The translations under genes and the position numbers were made by a program. The notes beneath the pieces are model-generated. The model had not been told where the DNA came from, did not search any database, and saw only the letters and a program-made list of their open reading frames with translations. From Paraspadella gotoi (taxonomy: Eukaryota; Animalia; Chaetognatha): a stretch of 64,000 nt of DNA. Every line of letters begins with the position of its first letter. The stretch's first letter is position 1. Positions 1-13,979 of the stretch are shown in pieces. Location: NCBI GenBank assembly GCA_051294375.1, contig JBJCIZ010000744.1, positions 1,168,262 to 1,232,261 of the forward strand, read 5' to 3'.

Positions 1-147
1 TGAAAATCTCAACCTCCCCTGGAGAACCGTTATCCGAATGATCTTTTCCAGAGTGGGTGATTAGGAAAGCCCCCATAAATTCTACCCCTAGGGGCAAAAG
101 CTCCTTTTCCCACCCCCTCCTTCCCCTAAAGGGGAATAATCTTCCTC

Positions 148-3100
148 CTAATCTTCCTCAGAGTCAAGATCATCCGTTGAATGCGGAAGAGGAGAACCCG
201 ATGCGTGGGGTGGACCCGGGGAAGACCCCCCCGGGCCGTACGAGTTCGCGTTGCTGTGGGCGCTGAATAAGAATTTATTTATTTTAGTTAATAAATCTGT
301 GATATTTTTTAATTAATTTTATTGGTTAAAGAGACATTGATAATTTTATACATGTTTTGAAGCATTGCATTAAACAACCCAACACGCGCTAAGGAGTTTC
401 CTGTGCCTCGACTAGCTCCTTCTATTCAGATCTGTTCCTTATCTTACCACACTGTCCAATCCCTTTGAATCACAGCATTCAGCAATAGACCAACCTGTCC
501 TGGCCTTCTTGCCTCCTGCTCCTCTGCAGCTCGTCCAGCCGCCTGAGCAGTTGATCCCTCAGTGCGAGCAGCTCGCGGTTGCGCAGATGGATGGCTCCTG
601 GGGTCGCATGCGCGGGTTCCATCGCACGAAGTAGTTCGTCCACAACTGATCCGGCGGAGGCTGGCCACGGGATGCAGCACGTGGGTGCAGTAGTAGGGGG
701 CGAAGAGGGGTGAGGAATTCCTCGATGGTTGCTGGAATGAGGAGATGGAGGGGGGGGGAAGAGAAAGGAAGGGAAGACAAAAGCAGGAAGGAGAGAAGAG
801 GGGGACATAATACCAGTTTCGATCAAATCCAAATTCCAGAGCAAAAAAAACCAAAAAACAAGTTCACATTTAATTACAAAATGCGATGCTATATTTTAAT
901 TAAACAAGAACTATAATTCAAATGTGTTGCGCCGCAGTGACTGCTCTAATCACGATATGATATGACGTGACATAACACGACTACATGACTACATTAACTT
1001 CTCAGCCCGCGTATTTAAAGACATACACTGCATCAAAATTCCGTCTTTTAATCTATTTTAGTTTTAGGATTTCTTGAAAGCGGCGATTGCAGTCCCTTAG
1101 ATTTGAGCTTTTTTCTGTCTTAGCAACCAACTATAAGGAAATTCTATGCATTTTTAACGTAAGTGAAACAGACCGATGGACAGACATACCGACCGACGGA
1201 CGAAAAGTAACTTATAAAGTTGCTCCGCGAGTACTCGCGCGCAACTAACAAGTACCGATCACCGTCCATCGGCAGGAAAAAGGAAAACAACAACCAATCA
1301 TCACCAATCAATCAATCCATTGAAACCACCACCTGTTGACGAGCGACCAGAGGACTGAGTTCGATCCTTGACCTTTTCCTGGTTCTCTCCTTCTCCGAAT
1401 TGAAGAGGAAAGTCCCGAAGAGGTTGGAGTAGAGATGATCCAAGACGGTGATGAGGAAATACTCGCTTGAATTCCAACGCGTGAGGAAACTGGTTGCTGA
1501 TCTGTGTTGGGGGCGGCGGTGGGGAGGGGGGAGAAGGGGGGCAAGGTGGAATATGAGGGGAGGGGGGTGGGAGGAAAGAGAAAGAGAAAAGGGTTGTACC
1601 GGCGTAGCAAAATGAGATCCGAGTTACATCGATCAAATTAGCACTTTAATTGCAAAGATGCAAGTCGAAAATTTGAGACCTTATCAATTTTTCCCCCTCA
1701 GAGCCGAGGCCACGCTAATAATATCAGCTCAACTCCCTTCTATTTGATTTCATTATTTTTACGGAAACGCTACGAAAAGCAAGCCTCGACGAGCCGCTTC
1801 AACGCAAGACATTTGAAAAAGACGACAAAGTAAATCAAAATCAAGTTATTACTCTAATAGACTAATAGAAGAAAATAACGCCAAAACTTGTAAAACACCG
1901 CAACATGCCAAATGAGATTATGAACGCTCCCCAACACACTACCTGCCAACGCAGTCGATAAACTGTAGAAATACTGGGATCGGTCCGGGTCGGGAGTGTT
2001 TGTCTTCGCCGTGACCGACGCGTTGCCGCAAACTTGTGGCCGAAAGCCAGCCACTCTTTCTCGATGAGGACCTCGAATCCGGCGAACGGTTCTTAAGGGG
2101 AGGGAATGTTATGGTACTAATGATTATAATTATAATCAATGTGACTTTTATCACGTCTGTCTGTCGCTTTTTGATCCATTATTCTCATCTTCATCGGTCA
2201 ATATTATTTCTTTCACCACAAATAATCATTATGCTCATTATCACAGTCTTCATCTTTATACAACATCATTTTTATCACCATAACCACAAAAATCATAAGA
2301 ACAATCATCATATCTTCAGAGATAATAATCATTATCATCGTCATCCTCACGCATATAACAATGCTGACCCCCTCCCCCCCCCTCACCGATAATAAGGATC
2401 GAGCAGGCAGCATGGCGAGTGAGGTTAGCTGCGAGGTCCTGTCCCATCCGTCCGAGCAGTGGACCAGGACCGAGGTCTTGTTCCCCTCGACGGTGTGGGC
2501 GATGCGGACGGCGCCGGCCAGGATGAACTTTATGTGCTCAACAGTGCGTCGACTCGAGATTCGACAACCTGTTTGGCGAAGGGGGGGGGCAAGTGAGAGG
2601 AAAACGGAGGGGGGGGGTTGAGAGGAGAGCAGGGGGAAAGAGAGAGACGATGAGGGTTAATGAGAGAAGAAAAGAGGAAAGGAAAGATAGGTATAAAAGT
2701 AGAGTGGAGGGAGGAGATAGAAGGAGACCAATTGGAAGGTGAAGGTTGAGGCAGAATCGGGAGATAAGCAAAGACGGAGGTCAAGAAAGGTAATTATTAA
2801 TTATTAATTATTAACGACATTTCGTCATCAATGATCACAGTTTAGTCGCTTAAAAACCAAGTTGTCTTCCGACCAAAAACGACATCGATCACTATCACCA
2901 ATTCCTTCAATAAATTCACACGAATTCCTCCCTCAAAACCTAATCACCCAATCACCAATGAGGAAAACCCAATCACCTTGAACGCAATTCCTCTCACCAA
3001 TGATTATCGTCCGATGGTGGGAAAGACGAGTTCCTTGAGTTTTCGCAGTGACTCCCTCATCACGTGAATGTTGTGAATGTCGAGGAAGACGAGGTCGATG

Positions 3101-6100
3101 TTTTGATAAACTTCGTCGTTCTCGTATCCACCGCTTTCGCTTTGTTCGCCACCGCGTTAACCGACGGTCTGATGAGGAAAAGAAAAGACGAGTGTTGGCC
3201 TTTTCTCTTGGTTTTCGTTTGTTTGTTAAAATTGGTCGTTTGTTGTAAAAAGCGGGTGTCGTCGAAATTGGTCTTAGTTTGATGTTACTTGTGAAGGCCG
3301 AACGCCCTCGACGCTCTTTCTCTCTTCGCCCATCGAGAACCAGACCTTATGTGTCACCTGACCACCTGACCGGTCTGCTGTCAGGTCGCCCTTGCTCTAA
3401 CGACTTTCTTCGATCGAGGCCGTCACCACAAGATCCACAACTGATTCAACACTCGAACCCGTCACGACGTTAGCTGACTTTTGACTCGCTTTAAACATAA
3501 TACTATGTTATACAACTTGTTGTTTAATGTTTGTTGTTGTATTTTCGATTGTTGAACCGTTGATTGCTTGTGTAGAGGAAGTAATGGATACAATATTTTG
3601 GCGGTAAGGATTTCGAGGTGAAAAAACAAAAGAAAACTAGTCCTTTTAAGTCAAAGTCAAATTCCAACCAGGGTCAACTTTGATAACAATCAACGGTTCC
3701 CAGGTTCCCACCTGGCGTCCATTATGGCAAGCTTGTAGCTCTGAGCATTGGCCTCCATTATGTGTGAATGTATTTTTCATCCTCTTTACATCTTTTCCCG
3801 CCGACTCCGACCATGGCTGGAAGGAAAAAAAAAAATTTTGTTCGTGAGTCTTTTCAGTCCATTCGTTGATTAGTTGACAATTTCTGATTAATTTCAAGTC
3901 GGTGTTTGTTCACTGAAAATCTTAATAATAATAATATTAATATTAATTAATATTACTTGAGAGCTCCGAGTTATCGTGGCTGCGATTCCGGTGAATCCAG
4001 GAAAGAACTGAAAGCGAGACCGGGATCGGAATTGCGCCACGGCTGGAAAAGAGACAAAAAAAGAGTATTAAACATTGTTATACATTATACAAAATACATT
4101 TGACTAAATAATCAAACTGATAACAATTCAAATCTGATCAAAACGCAAACCGATATTCCACAATCGGCCAACTTACCCCTGAGATCTTCGTCGGAGGCGG
4201 CCTGAGGGACGCCAAGAGCGAAGGGTAAGTATCGCAAAATTCGAATCGCTCGTTGATCCTCGCGATCCGCCACGACTCGTTGGAGGCCCATTCGCTTCAA
4301 CTCTATTCAATGGTTAATTCAGTATTATAATCAATGTTTTTAATACATTCATCAACGGGTTCATTACCTTGAGCGCGTCGTAAACGCTCCAGCCGTTTTC
4401 CTCGTACTCTTCCGTGTACTCGTAGGCAAAGAGCGGAAGTTGTGCGAAAGTGGAAAAGCGTATTGTTGCAGCTTTTCGAAGACTTGACGTCTGGAAAAAA
4501 GTTAAATCAAATTTAGATATTAAGATTTGGTAATATAACGGGAGAAAATATATACATTTAGGCATCAATGAAATTTCATCCCATATAATATCTACTAGAA
4601 TTCATTTATTCTGACCTACAGCTAATTAATTAATTATTCATTCATTCATTCATTCATTCCATCCTTTCAGCCGGAATCGATTCATTCAGTCGCCAAAATC
4701 TTTCAAACAGATAAAATTAATAATCGGTTTCCAAAAAAAAACAAAAAAAAAAAAACAAACTTTTAAACCTTAGCCTCACCTGGAATGATTTTCCTGTTTA
4801 CAAGCGAATTTCTCAAATTGCGAATATCTTTGCAAAATATTTCGATTCCGTACGAATTTCTCCGCGCGAAGTTTGTCGCCCACTTTTTCCACGCGGACGA
4901 CGACGCCCAAAGGGACGTCGAGAACGAAGGGAGGGTCCTTGGGATTTATGACGGTCGTTAACCGATTGACCGAGGTCGTTACCGATTGACCGAGGTCGTA
5001 AATCACTCACGACTTTTAACCGTTAACCCGTTTTATACCTGGTGAATACTGCAGAAATACAACTTGTAATTTGTGACTGATAAGGTTCGGGAATGGTTTG
5101 GGGGAAAGTGGAATACGGGCAGAGGTAAGTCACGTCCATGGCTTTGCCTGAAACACGATCAATTTCTAAATTTATATTCAAATTTGTAATAATAAATAAT
5201 TTTAAACATCAGCAATGCCTAAATATTATTAGAATAAAAGTATAGTTCATATAAATTTTAAAATTTAAACGCCGTTAAGGGCTATAGGGGAGTCAGCAAA
5301 CCGTGAAATGGGTATAAAACCAGGGCCCAACCATAACCTTACCCTTCCCCCCGCCCATCCTCTCAAAAACTTACCCTGAACGCGTTCCCCCGGCAGCAGC
5401 GGGGGATCTTCCGAGGGGACGAGCTTGGCGGCTTCTTTGAAGACCGCGGCTCTTGTTGCTTCATCACATTTTCCGCGACGTCGATGTCGAACTGCTCGGG
5501 CTCGAGCAGAGGCTCTGCGCGGAGGACGAAAATTCCATTTGCATATTGCGGTTTAAATTAGGACATAAATGTTAACTGAATTAAAAAGACTGTTTTGCTT
5601 GGCCCATTGGGGTATTCTCAAGCTTTACAAGCATCGATAATTATCTCGCTGACTGAAAATAACTGAGCTCGCCGAAGCGGTTGCTAACAACACATGAGCA
5701 AATTCATCGTTTCTAACAGATTTTAAAAGAAAGTGAGAGGGGAAAGAAGGAGAGAGGAAAGAAGGGAGAGAGGAAAGAGGGAGAGAGGAAAGACGGGAGA
5801 GAGGAAAGACGGGAGAGAGAAAAAGGGAGAGAGGAAAGAAGGGAGAGAGGAAAGGGGAAGGATGGAAAGGAGAGGCAGAAAGAAAGGTATGATGAAAGAG
5901 AAAAAGTAGAAAAAAAAACAAAATGAGAAAGGTAGGAAAGGAAGGAAGGAAAAAAGGAATGAAATAAGCAAAGAAGGAAGGAAAAAAGAAAATGGGGGGG
6001 GAGGAAAGAGAAAGAAAACGAAGACGGAAAAGAATTTAAGAGCCGAAAAAAAAAAACAACAACGACAACTCGTTACCTTTGAAGGCGATCCGGCCTTCTC

Positions 6101-6934
6101 AGAATGAGTCGTGTCTGTGCTGACCATTGAGTCGCCTGAGAAAAAGAAAGAATCGCTGTTAAGCGAAAAATCGGCGACATCGCGACGACACACTCGTCCC
6201 ATCCCCAGCAACTTAAAACCACCTCGACAAACCGTCTAACCACTCTTCACCACTTTTACCACGACCCAAAACCACAGATCATCCCCCGCGACACAACATT
6301 CAAACCTCGCTCAACCACATTTCCATAATCCACGAACCACTCCAAATCCCCCACCTCGCCAAACTCCCTCTTCACCACGCCCCAGAATCCCCCCTCACGA
6401 TCACGGCGACGTCGGATCCCAGATTTCTCCATTCTCCTTTCCCCCCCCCTCCCTTCCCTCTCCTAGTACTAGATTAGCTGGGCCGGCGATGAATGAGAAA
6501 ATTTTAAAGAGTGAGGCTAACAATCAGGCCTTTATATACTAGTTTTGGTGGGCTCGTGAGAGTTGGAAAAATTTAAAGGCAAGGGCCTTACGATCGGCGC
6601 TTTCTATACTAGATTGGAGGAGCTGGTGAGAAATTAGAAAAAATTTTAAATTTGGGCTTATAATCGGACTAATGCGAACTCCCCCCCCCCGTTCTGGCTC
6701 GATAGCGAGGCCCTGTGATATTTTCCGTCATCCACCCTACTAAGCTCTTATAGTGCCCCCCCCCCTCCCCCCCTTACCATCTCCGGCGACGTCCGATCCT
6801 AATCCCAGATGCTCCATCCTCTCTCCATCGATGGCGGGAATTCGAGAGTGTGGTCGGTCGAAGGCTGCGCCGCCTCCTCCTCCACCTCCTCCTCCTCTTG
6901 GGCCCGCTACCTGGCGCCCATGTCGATCGTTCAT
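148..6934 (-). CDS. MTMR2: Myotubularin-related phosphoinositide 3-phosphatase (MTM1/MTMR1/MTMR2 group), multi-exon
   Basis: Minus-strand exons translate to myotubularin motifs. GRAM region [18 protein letters not shown] (~4780-5145); [15 protein letters not shown] (~4370-4490); [18 protein letters not shown] (~3713-3818); [15 protein letters not shown] (~2999-3168); catalytic [15 protein letters not shown] (~2388-2569); [10 protein letters not shown] (~1945-2090); [10 protein letters not shown] plus coiled coil (~495-740). Putative last exon ends at TAG 148-150. Start uncertain (6817 or 6934). Contains scattered indels. Confidence 0.9.
1053..1250 (+). mobile_element. Non-autonomous repeat, DINE-1/Helentron-like end (GACA/GACC microsatellite followed by a hairpin)
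   Basis: Shares ~180 bp with 49921-50101. Ends in a cagac/cgac run then agttgc-tc-cgcgagtactcgcg-c-gcaact, a stem-loop. Family assignment is by architecture only. Confidence 0.55.
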
Positions 6935-7597
6935 ATCAACAACGACAACAACCGTCTTTTTGCTTTTCTTTTTTTGCGGTTTTGTTTTTTGTTGTTTTTT
7001 TTTTGGTTTTTTTTTATTTGGATAACGACGACGGGGAAGGAGATTTCTGGGAAATGCTAAGCTCAGGTTTTATAAATCCGGCTTCGGCGAGGCGGCGTTG
7101 TTTTACTGCTGCTGCTGCGGAGGAGGATCTTCTACGGTTGCTGAGGAATTCGCTGTGCTGCGGCGGACGAAACGTTCGGCGGGTTGGAGTCGTTGAAGGT
7201 GGCAAAGGGAAAAAAACGCTCCTTTTAACTAAGTTGAGAATAAACAAGAATAAAAAAGAATCATAATTATATAATATATTCGAAGGAAAAAAAAACATTT
7301 CCAAAAATAACATTGGAAAAATTTTTAAGAAAAAAAGTCTGGAATAAGAATTATAACTAATTAAAACTATAAAAAAACGATTTTTCCAAAAAAGGAAACG
7401 CCATTTGGCAGGGTTACAATCAATTCCTATCTATAGAAAATCAAACGCATTTAAATCTACACTGGAGTAAAACAAAAAAAAGCTGCGAAATGTTAAGTTT
7501 AACAAAAATTGATAGATAAAAAATCTTAAATTTTGGCCGTTTTGTTGGCGGCCAATTCTCCCTGAGAAATTTCCCGTTTCAAAGAACAACGCGGCGT

Positions 7598-7622
7598 NNN
7601 NNNNNNNNNNNNNNNNNNNNNN
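7598..7622. other. Assembly gap (25 N)
   Basis: Run of N. Confidence 1.
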
Positions 7623-7689
7623 AATTCAAATAATCGGTTTCCAAAAAAAAACAAAAAAAAAAAAACAAACTTTTAAAACCTTAGCCTCA

Positions 7690-9880
7690 CCTGGAATGAT
7701 TTTCCTGTTTACAAGCGAATTCTCAAATTGCGAATATCTTTGCAAAATATTTCGATTCCGTACGAATTTCTCCGCGCGAAGTTGTGCGCCCACTTTTTCC
7801 ACGCGGACGACGACGCCCAAAGGGACGTCGAGAACGAAAGGGAGGGTCCTTGGGAGTTTATTGACCGAGGTCGTTAAATCATCACGACTTTTAACCGTTA
7901 ACACCCTTTTATACTGGTGAATACTGCAGAAATACAACTTGTAATTTGTGACTGATAAGTTCCGGGAATGGTTTGGGGGAAAGTGGATACGGGCAGAGGT
8001 AAGTCACGTCCATGGCTTTGCCTGAAACACGATCAATTCTAAATTTATATCAATTTGATAATATAATTTTAAACATGCAGAATGCCTAAATATTATTGAA
8101 TAAAAGTAAGTTCATATAATTTTAAAATTTAAACGCCGTTAAGGGCTATAGGGAGGGAAACATGCTAAAAATCGGTATATAACTTACATCGGCAACCAAT
8201 CCATTATCGACCCTTGCCCATAATACTTCTATTCTAAGCAGAAGTAAACTCTAATGGTTAAACCGGCCCATCCTCCCCGATCTAAAACTTACCCTGAACG
8301 CGTTCCCCCGGCAGCAGCGGGGGATCTTCCGAGGGGACGAGCTTGGCGGCTTCTTTGAAGACCCGCGGCTCTTGTTGCTTCATCACATTTTGCGACGTCG
8401 ATGTCGAACTGCTCGGCTCGAGCAGAGGCTCTGCGCGAGGACGAAAATCCATTTGCATATTGCGGTTTAAATTAGGATAAATGTTAACTGAATTAAAAAG
8501 ACTGTTTTGCTTGGCCGGGGTATTCTCAAGCTTTACAAGCATCGATAATTATCTCGCTGACTGAAAATAACTGAGCTCGCCGAAGCGGTTGCTAACAACA
8601 CATGAGCAAATTCAATCGTTCTAACAGATTTATAAAAGATAAGTGAGAGGGGAACAGAAGGGAGAGAGGAAGAAGGGAGAGAGGAAAGAGGGAGAGAGGA
8701 AAGACGGGAGAGAGGAAAGACGGGGAAGAGAGGAAGAAGAGGGAAAGGATGGGAAAGGAGAGGCAGAAAGAAAGGTATGATGAAAGAGAAAAGTAGAAAA
8801 AAACAAAATGAGAAAGGTAGGAAAGGAAGGAAGGAAAAAAGGAAGAATGAAAGAAGGGGAAAAGAGGGGGAGGAAAGAGAAAGAAAACGAAGACGGAAAA
8901 GAATTAAGAGCCGAAAACAACAACAACGACAACTCGTTACCTTTGAAGGCGATCCGGCTTCTCAGAATGAGTGGTGTCTTGCTGACCATTGAGTCCGCCT
9001 GAGAAAAAGAAAGAATCGCTGTTAAGCGAAAAATCGGGACATCGGACGACACACTCGTCCCATCCCCAGCAACTTAAAACCACCTCGAAAACCGTCTAAC
9101 CACTCTTCACCACTTTTACACACGACCCAAAACCACAGATCATCCCCCGCGACACAACATTCAAACTCGCTCAACCACCATTTCCATAATCCACCGAACC
9201 ACTCCAAATCCCCACCTCGCCAAACTCCCTCTTCACCACGCCCCAGAATCCCCCCTTCACGATCACGGCGACGTCGGATCCCAGATCTCCATTCTCCTTT
9301 CCCCCCCCTCCCTTCCCTCCCTAGTACTAGATTAGCGGGGCCGGCGATGAATGAGAAAATTTTAAAGAGTGAGGCTAACAATCAGGCCTTATATATACTA
9401 TTTTGGTGGGCTCGTGAGAGGTTGGAAAAATAAAGGCAGGGCCTTACGATCGGCTTCTATACTAGATTGGAGGAGCTGGTGAGAAATTAGAAAAATTTAA
9501 ATGGCTTATAATCGGACTAATGGAACTCCCCCCCCGTTCTGGCTCGATAGAGGCCTTGCTGTGAGTTGTATGGTTATACCGTCATCCACCCTACTAGCTT
9601 AAGTAGTCTCCCATAACATTTTCCCACACTACTTAGGGCTTCATCTCCGAAGTCGACGTGTCACATCCCTCACCACTCCGTGCTCGGCTCATAGGAGCCT
9701 GTGTTTCCGTCATCCACTACTACTCTTAAGTCCCCTCCATCTCCGCACGTGCCTATCCAGATGCTCTCCTCCTAGTGGCGGGAATTCGAGAGTGTGGTCG
9801 GTCGAAGGCTGCGCCGCCTCCCTCCTCCACCTCCTCCTCCTCTTTGGGCCCGCTACTGGCGCCCATGTCGATCGTTCATA
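7690..9880 (-). other. Redundant copy of the 5' exons of the myotubularin gene
   Basis: Repeats the [15 protein letters not shown] and VVVRVEKVG exons; lies within the gap-flanking duplication. Confidence 0.8.
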
Positions 9881-10533
9881 TCAACAACACAACAACCGTC
9901 TTTTTGCTTTTCTTTTTTGCGGTTTTGTTTTTTGTTGGTTTTTTTTTTTTTTTTTTTTTATTTGGATAACGACGACGGGAAGGAGATTTCTGGGAAATGC
10001 TAGCTCAGGTTTTATAAATCCGGCTTCGGCGAGGCGGCGTTGTTTTACTGCTGCTGCTGCTGCGGAGGATCTTCTACGGTTGCTGAGAATTCGCTGTGCG
10101 CGGCGGAAAAGTTCGGCGGGTTGGAGTCGTTGAAGGTGGCAAAGGGAAAAAAACGCTCCTTTTAACTAAGTTGAGAAAAACAAGAATAAAAAAGAATCAT
10201 AATTATATAATATATTCGAAGGAAAAAAAACATTTCCAAAAATAACATTGGAAAAATTTTTAAGAAAAAAAGTCTGGAATAAGAATTATAACTAATTAAA
10301 AACTATAAAAAAACGATTTTTCCAAAAAAGGAAACGCCATTTGCAGGGTTACAATCAATTCCTATCTATAGAAAATCAAACGCATTTAAATCTACACTGG
10401 AGTAAAACAAAAAAAGCTGCGAAATTAAGTTTAACAAAAATTGATAGATAAAAAATCTTAAATTTTGGCCGTTTTGTTGGCGCATTCTCCCTGAGAAATT
10501 TCCCGTTTCAAAGAACAACGCGGCGTCAGGATG

Positions 10534-12532
10534 TCAGCGTCGACAGGAAGAAGAAAACTCCGCACGCCGCAGCCGACGCTGCCGCGGCTCCTGTCGTCGA
10601 CGACGACGACGAATAAGCGAGAGAACCCCCAGTCGAGTCCGTCTCCGCCGCCGAGGACGCCGCCGAAGTAGCCCGCGCGCAGGAGCCGCCGCTCCAGCCG
10701 CTCCGTCGCGGCTTCCAGATTCGCGGCGCGACCGAACGTTCCTCTCCGCCGCCCGGATGAGCGTCAGACACTCCCGAATCTCCGGTTCCAACGTTTCGTC
10801 AACGGCGCTTCTCTTCTCCTCTCCCCAAGCTGCGGCGTCGGAAGGGATGAGAAATCGGCGCCGGAATGTTTCGCCGCCAGCGGCGCCGTACTCGATCCGC
10901 GAGAGGAAAGAGGGTCCGGACGGCGCCGGAAGGTTTGGCCGACGCGTCGAGGACGAGCAGATCGGAGAACGAAGGGAGAGAAGTCGGAGAGAGGAAGAGG
11001 GAGAGTCGGAGGAGGACGTAGGAGGACGAGAATCCGAGCGAAAAGAGTTGGCGAAGATCACGAGATCCTTTGAAGGAAATGGATCGTCCAGTGTGGTTTT
11101 ACGACGAGTCTCTTGAAGGTTGGAGGTCGATCTCAGCGGACAAGAGTCTTCTTTGCAAAACCTAACATAAATAATAGTTTTTAAAACCAAATTATCTTTA
11201 AGTAGACGTAATAATGACTTAAACGTTAATTCTTACTTGTGAAACGAACTGAGATGCTCGTTCTCCCTCTGCAACTTTTCCAAGTTGGTGTCGGCCAATT
11301 CCAAGGCCTTCTTCAGTCTGTCGGCCTCTCGTCTGGCCGACGCCACTTCCGTTTCCATGGCGACGGTGGCGTAGCGTCCCATCTTCGCGGGAGATCGAAG
11401 TTCGAGTCGAGATCGGAGTCGACTCGACTCCATCTCCAAATTTTCCTGGAATTCGATAAGTGTGGTTCAATATTGTCATTATTGTTATTATCATTATTAT
11501 TATTTTTATTATTATTAATATTATTATTATAATATTATATAGAGAATATACTTAGTTAAGGAATTTCGAAGATACAATTAAAAATAACAATTGCGTTTCT
11601 CTTTGTTTGTAGCGTTTTTGAAGCGTTCATTAAATTTACATATAATTTGAGCTCAATGAGATTTAAGCGAGGATTCTAATTCTAAAAGATCATTAACCTT
11701 CCAGTTTAAAAAACTAATTCGGTTGAGAATTTTACCGGGAATTGTAAAAACTCGAAAAACTAGAAAGGTGAGTTAATGAGAGACACATGGCTTAAGATTT
11801 AGTCAAAATAGAGTCAATGAAAAATAAATAAAAATAAACATGTTACCTCCATAAATAATTGGTTTTCTTTTTTATGAAATTGGTACAACCAATATAAAAA
11901 TTATCCATTCATTTAATATTGCAAGGATTATTATTGCATGTAAAGACCAAATCAAGATTCCTTGGCGAGATGATTACAATCTAAAGTAGTGGTCCTTTCA
12001 TACAATTAAAACATTCTCTACGGGAAGCTACAGGTCTAGATTGAAAACTATGTAATTACCTTGAAAGAGTGATGGAGGCCCTTAACTCAACAAAGCTTCT
12101 TTATCGATTGAAGCAAGATAGCTTATTTATTAAATGAATGGATAATTTTTATATTGGTTGTACCAATTTCATTTCATTCATAATCAAATCAGACTTCCCC
12201 CAAAAAAAAACAAACTCACCCTAATCCCTTTCAACCTCTCGTTCTCTCTCTTCAACGCGTCCATGTCCTTCAAGACGCTTTGATAAGTCTCGTTGGCTTC
12301 TTGCAATTTGGCCGTCAACCCGACGAGGACGGCCGACGTTTGAGGATCCCTCGGCGCTGCAGCCGCCGCCGCTTCGACCGACGCAGAGCTGCAGCGACTC
12401 AACTCTTCCTCCAACCTCCTCTTCTCGGCCTTCGACTCCTCGACCTCGGCCCGCAGGTCGGCGATCTCTTCCTCGTATTCGTTGAAGAGCAACTCGAGTC
12501 GCGCTCGTCTCAAACCCGCGCGACGCTGGTAA

Positions 12533-12563
<31 letters not shown>

Positions 12564-13435
12564 CTGAAGGGTCTTCGACGTCGTCGTCGTCGCCGACGCT
12601 GAGGCCACCGAGGATGGATTGGCATGGATTGGCTGCAAACGAAAGGAGGGGGAGCATGCCGGGCATGGTCGTTAAAGCTGGGTAGCAAGGCTGTATGAAA
12701 TTTTATGCTGTCCACCTTACCATCGAAGGAAATGGACCAGTGTTACTATGGATTCAATGTGGGGTAGGGAGAACATGTAATTTGGTGGCACATATCACGC
12801 CACAATGCCTGCGAGTTTCAGCAGCAACTACGGCGGCGAGGGTAGCACATGCTATTTTCAAATCAAAGGAGACGGGTTCGGGCCTAGCTTATTCAATATA
12901 TACATTTACACTAATTATACACTGTTGCAAAATCTTGAAAATAAATGGTTTTGTGCCCTGAAACTTCATAACGTTAAATATTGCTATCAACGCAAGCAAC
13001 TTTTCTGTTTATCTTAAATGAAAAGAAAGAAAATAAAGAAAATAATCATCTTTAAAATGCCGTTTTTAAAATTGATCCCCGAAAATAAATCCGAACAAAT
13101 ACTAATTTCCAAATAATAAAAAGCAAAATTGTCATTATCAATTAATTAATTAATCTACACTCAACCAACCAACCTTCGCTGACTTGGACCCTGCAAGCCG
13201 GACACTGAGCGTTCCTCTCCAGCCAAACGTCCATGCAATGCTTGCAAAAGGCGTGACGGTTCGAGCAAATCACCGGGTCCTTCACCTTCGACAAGCAAAT
13301 CTGACAAGAGATGGGCAGCGTGAAGACGAGCGAGGGTTGTTGCTTGGTCGTCCGCTTGGGACAGGAAGGCCTGGTGGGGGATCCGCGAGGTTCCACGGCG
13401 TCGGAGACTAATTGATTTAAACGATCTTCGTCCAT
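10534..13435 (-). CDS. OBI1: RING E3 ubiquitin ligase OBI1/RNF219, about 4 exons
   Basis: RING CQICLSKVKDPVICSNRHAFCKHCMDVWLERNAQCPACR (~13174-13435); NPCQSILGG..LRRARLELLFNEYEEEI (~12221-12630); RSPAKMGRY..READRLKKALE (~11236-11440); Ser-rich tail (~10534-11160). 3' end approximate. Confidence 0.88.
11874..12172. mobile_element. MITE with perfect 45-bp terminal inverted repeats, in an OBI1 intron
   Basis: 11874-11918 (atgaaattggtacaaccaatataaaaattatccattcatttaata) is the exact reverse complement of 12128-12172. A partial diverged copy lies at ~44385-44492. Confidence 0.75.
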
Positions 13436-13979
13436 CTTGTTTTTTTTTGTTTAGTTTTGAATCATTAACTTTAATAAAAAATCGAACAATTGTAAAAACA
13501 AATGCCGAGAAACGGGAATAAAACAATCGGGCGGTGGAGAGAGGGAAAAGGAATCTTATAAATTTATATAATTAGCAGTAGGAACTCGCGGCCAATCAAA
13601 CAACACTATATAGTATATATATTATATATAGTATATACTTCAAACGATAAACAAAGCGTCGATCGAGTTAAGAGCAAAGAAGCCAGAAAGGGGTAAAGAG
13701 GCCAACGGATCTTTCCGCTAAACCCGCGCAAAAAATGTTAAAATTAGCCGCGCGCAACCGTTTCATAAGATTCGGTATATCAATTAAAAAAAAAAAAAAC
13801 CCAAACGAAAACTACATTGTTTAAACTGTATTGTTTAAAAGTTAACCATAGTCATAGAGACAGAATAAACGGCTCGCAAAACTTTTAAGGTAAGGTGTCA
13901 CATTCCAATCAGGTAAGGCTCCTTGCCGAACTTCCTCTTCCATCCAGTATGACCACTGACTAGTGACCCCTCCACAGAC

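Larger units (their letters stand above)
4715..10526. repeat. Near-identical ~2.9 kb duplication around a 25-N gap (4715-7597 vs 7623-10526)
   Basis: Copy 1 ends exactly at the gap (..aagaacaacgcggcgt) and copy 2 starts right after it (taatcggtttccaaaa). Copies differ mostly by indels. Confidence 0.9.

Noticed and set aside
495-5145. Myotubularin (also GLUL 17330-17420 and PSMA7) as a pseudogene or programmed frameshift
   Set aside because: Indels are scattered through essential genes and differ between duplicate copies, consistent with long-read error; the catalytic HCSDGWDRT is intact.
5625-6050. F/S/L/P-rich or K/R/E-rich ORFs (also 8630-9052, 31933-32337, 42871-43374)
   Set aside because: Translations of purine/pyrimidine low-complexity intron tracts.
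7623-10526. A second myotubularin gene or alternative promoter
   Set aside because: Same gap-flanking overlap pattern, with locally garbled sequence.
12660-12900. Nested plus-strand gene in the first OBI1 intron
   Set aside because: Short ORFs with no recognisable motif or splice structure.
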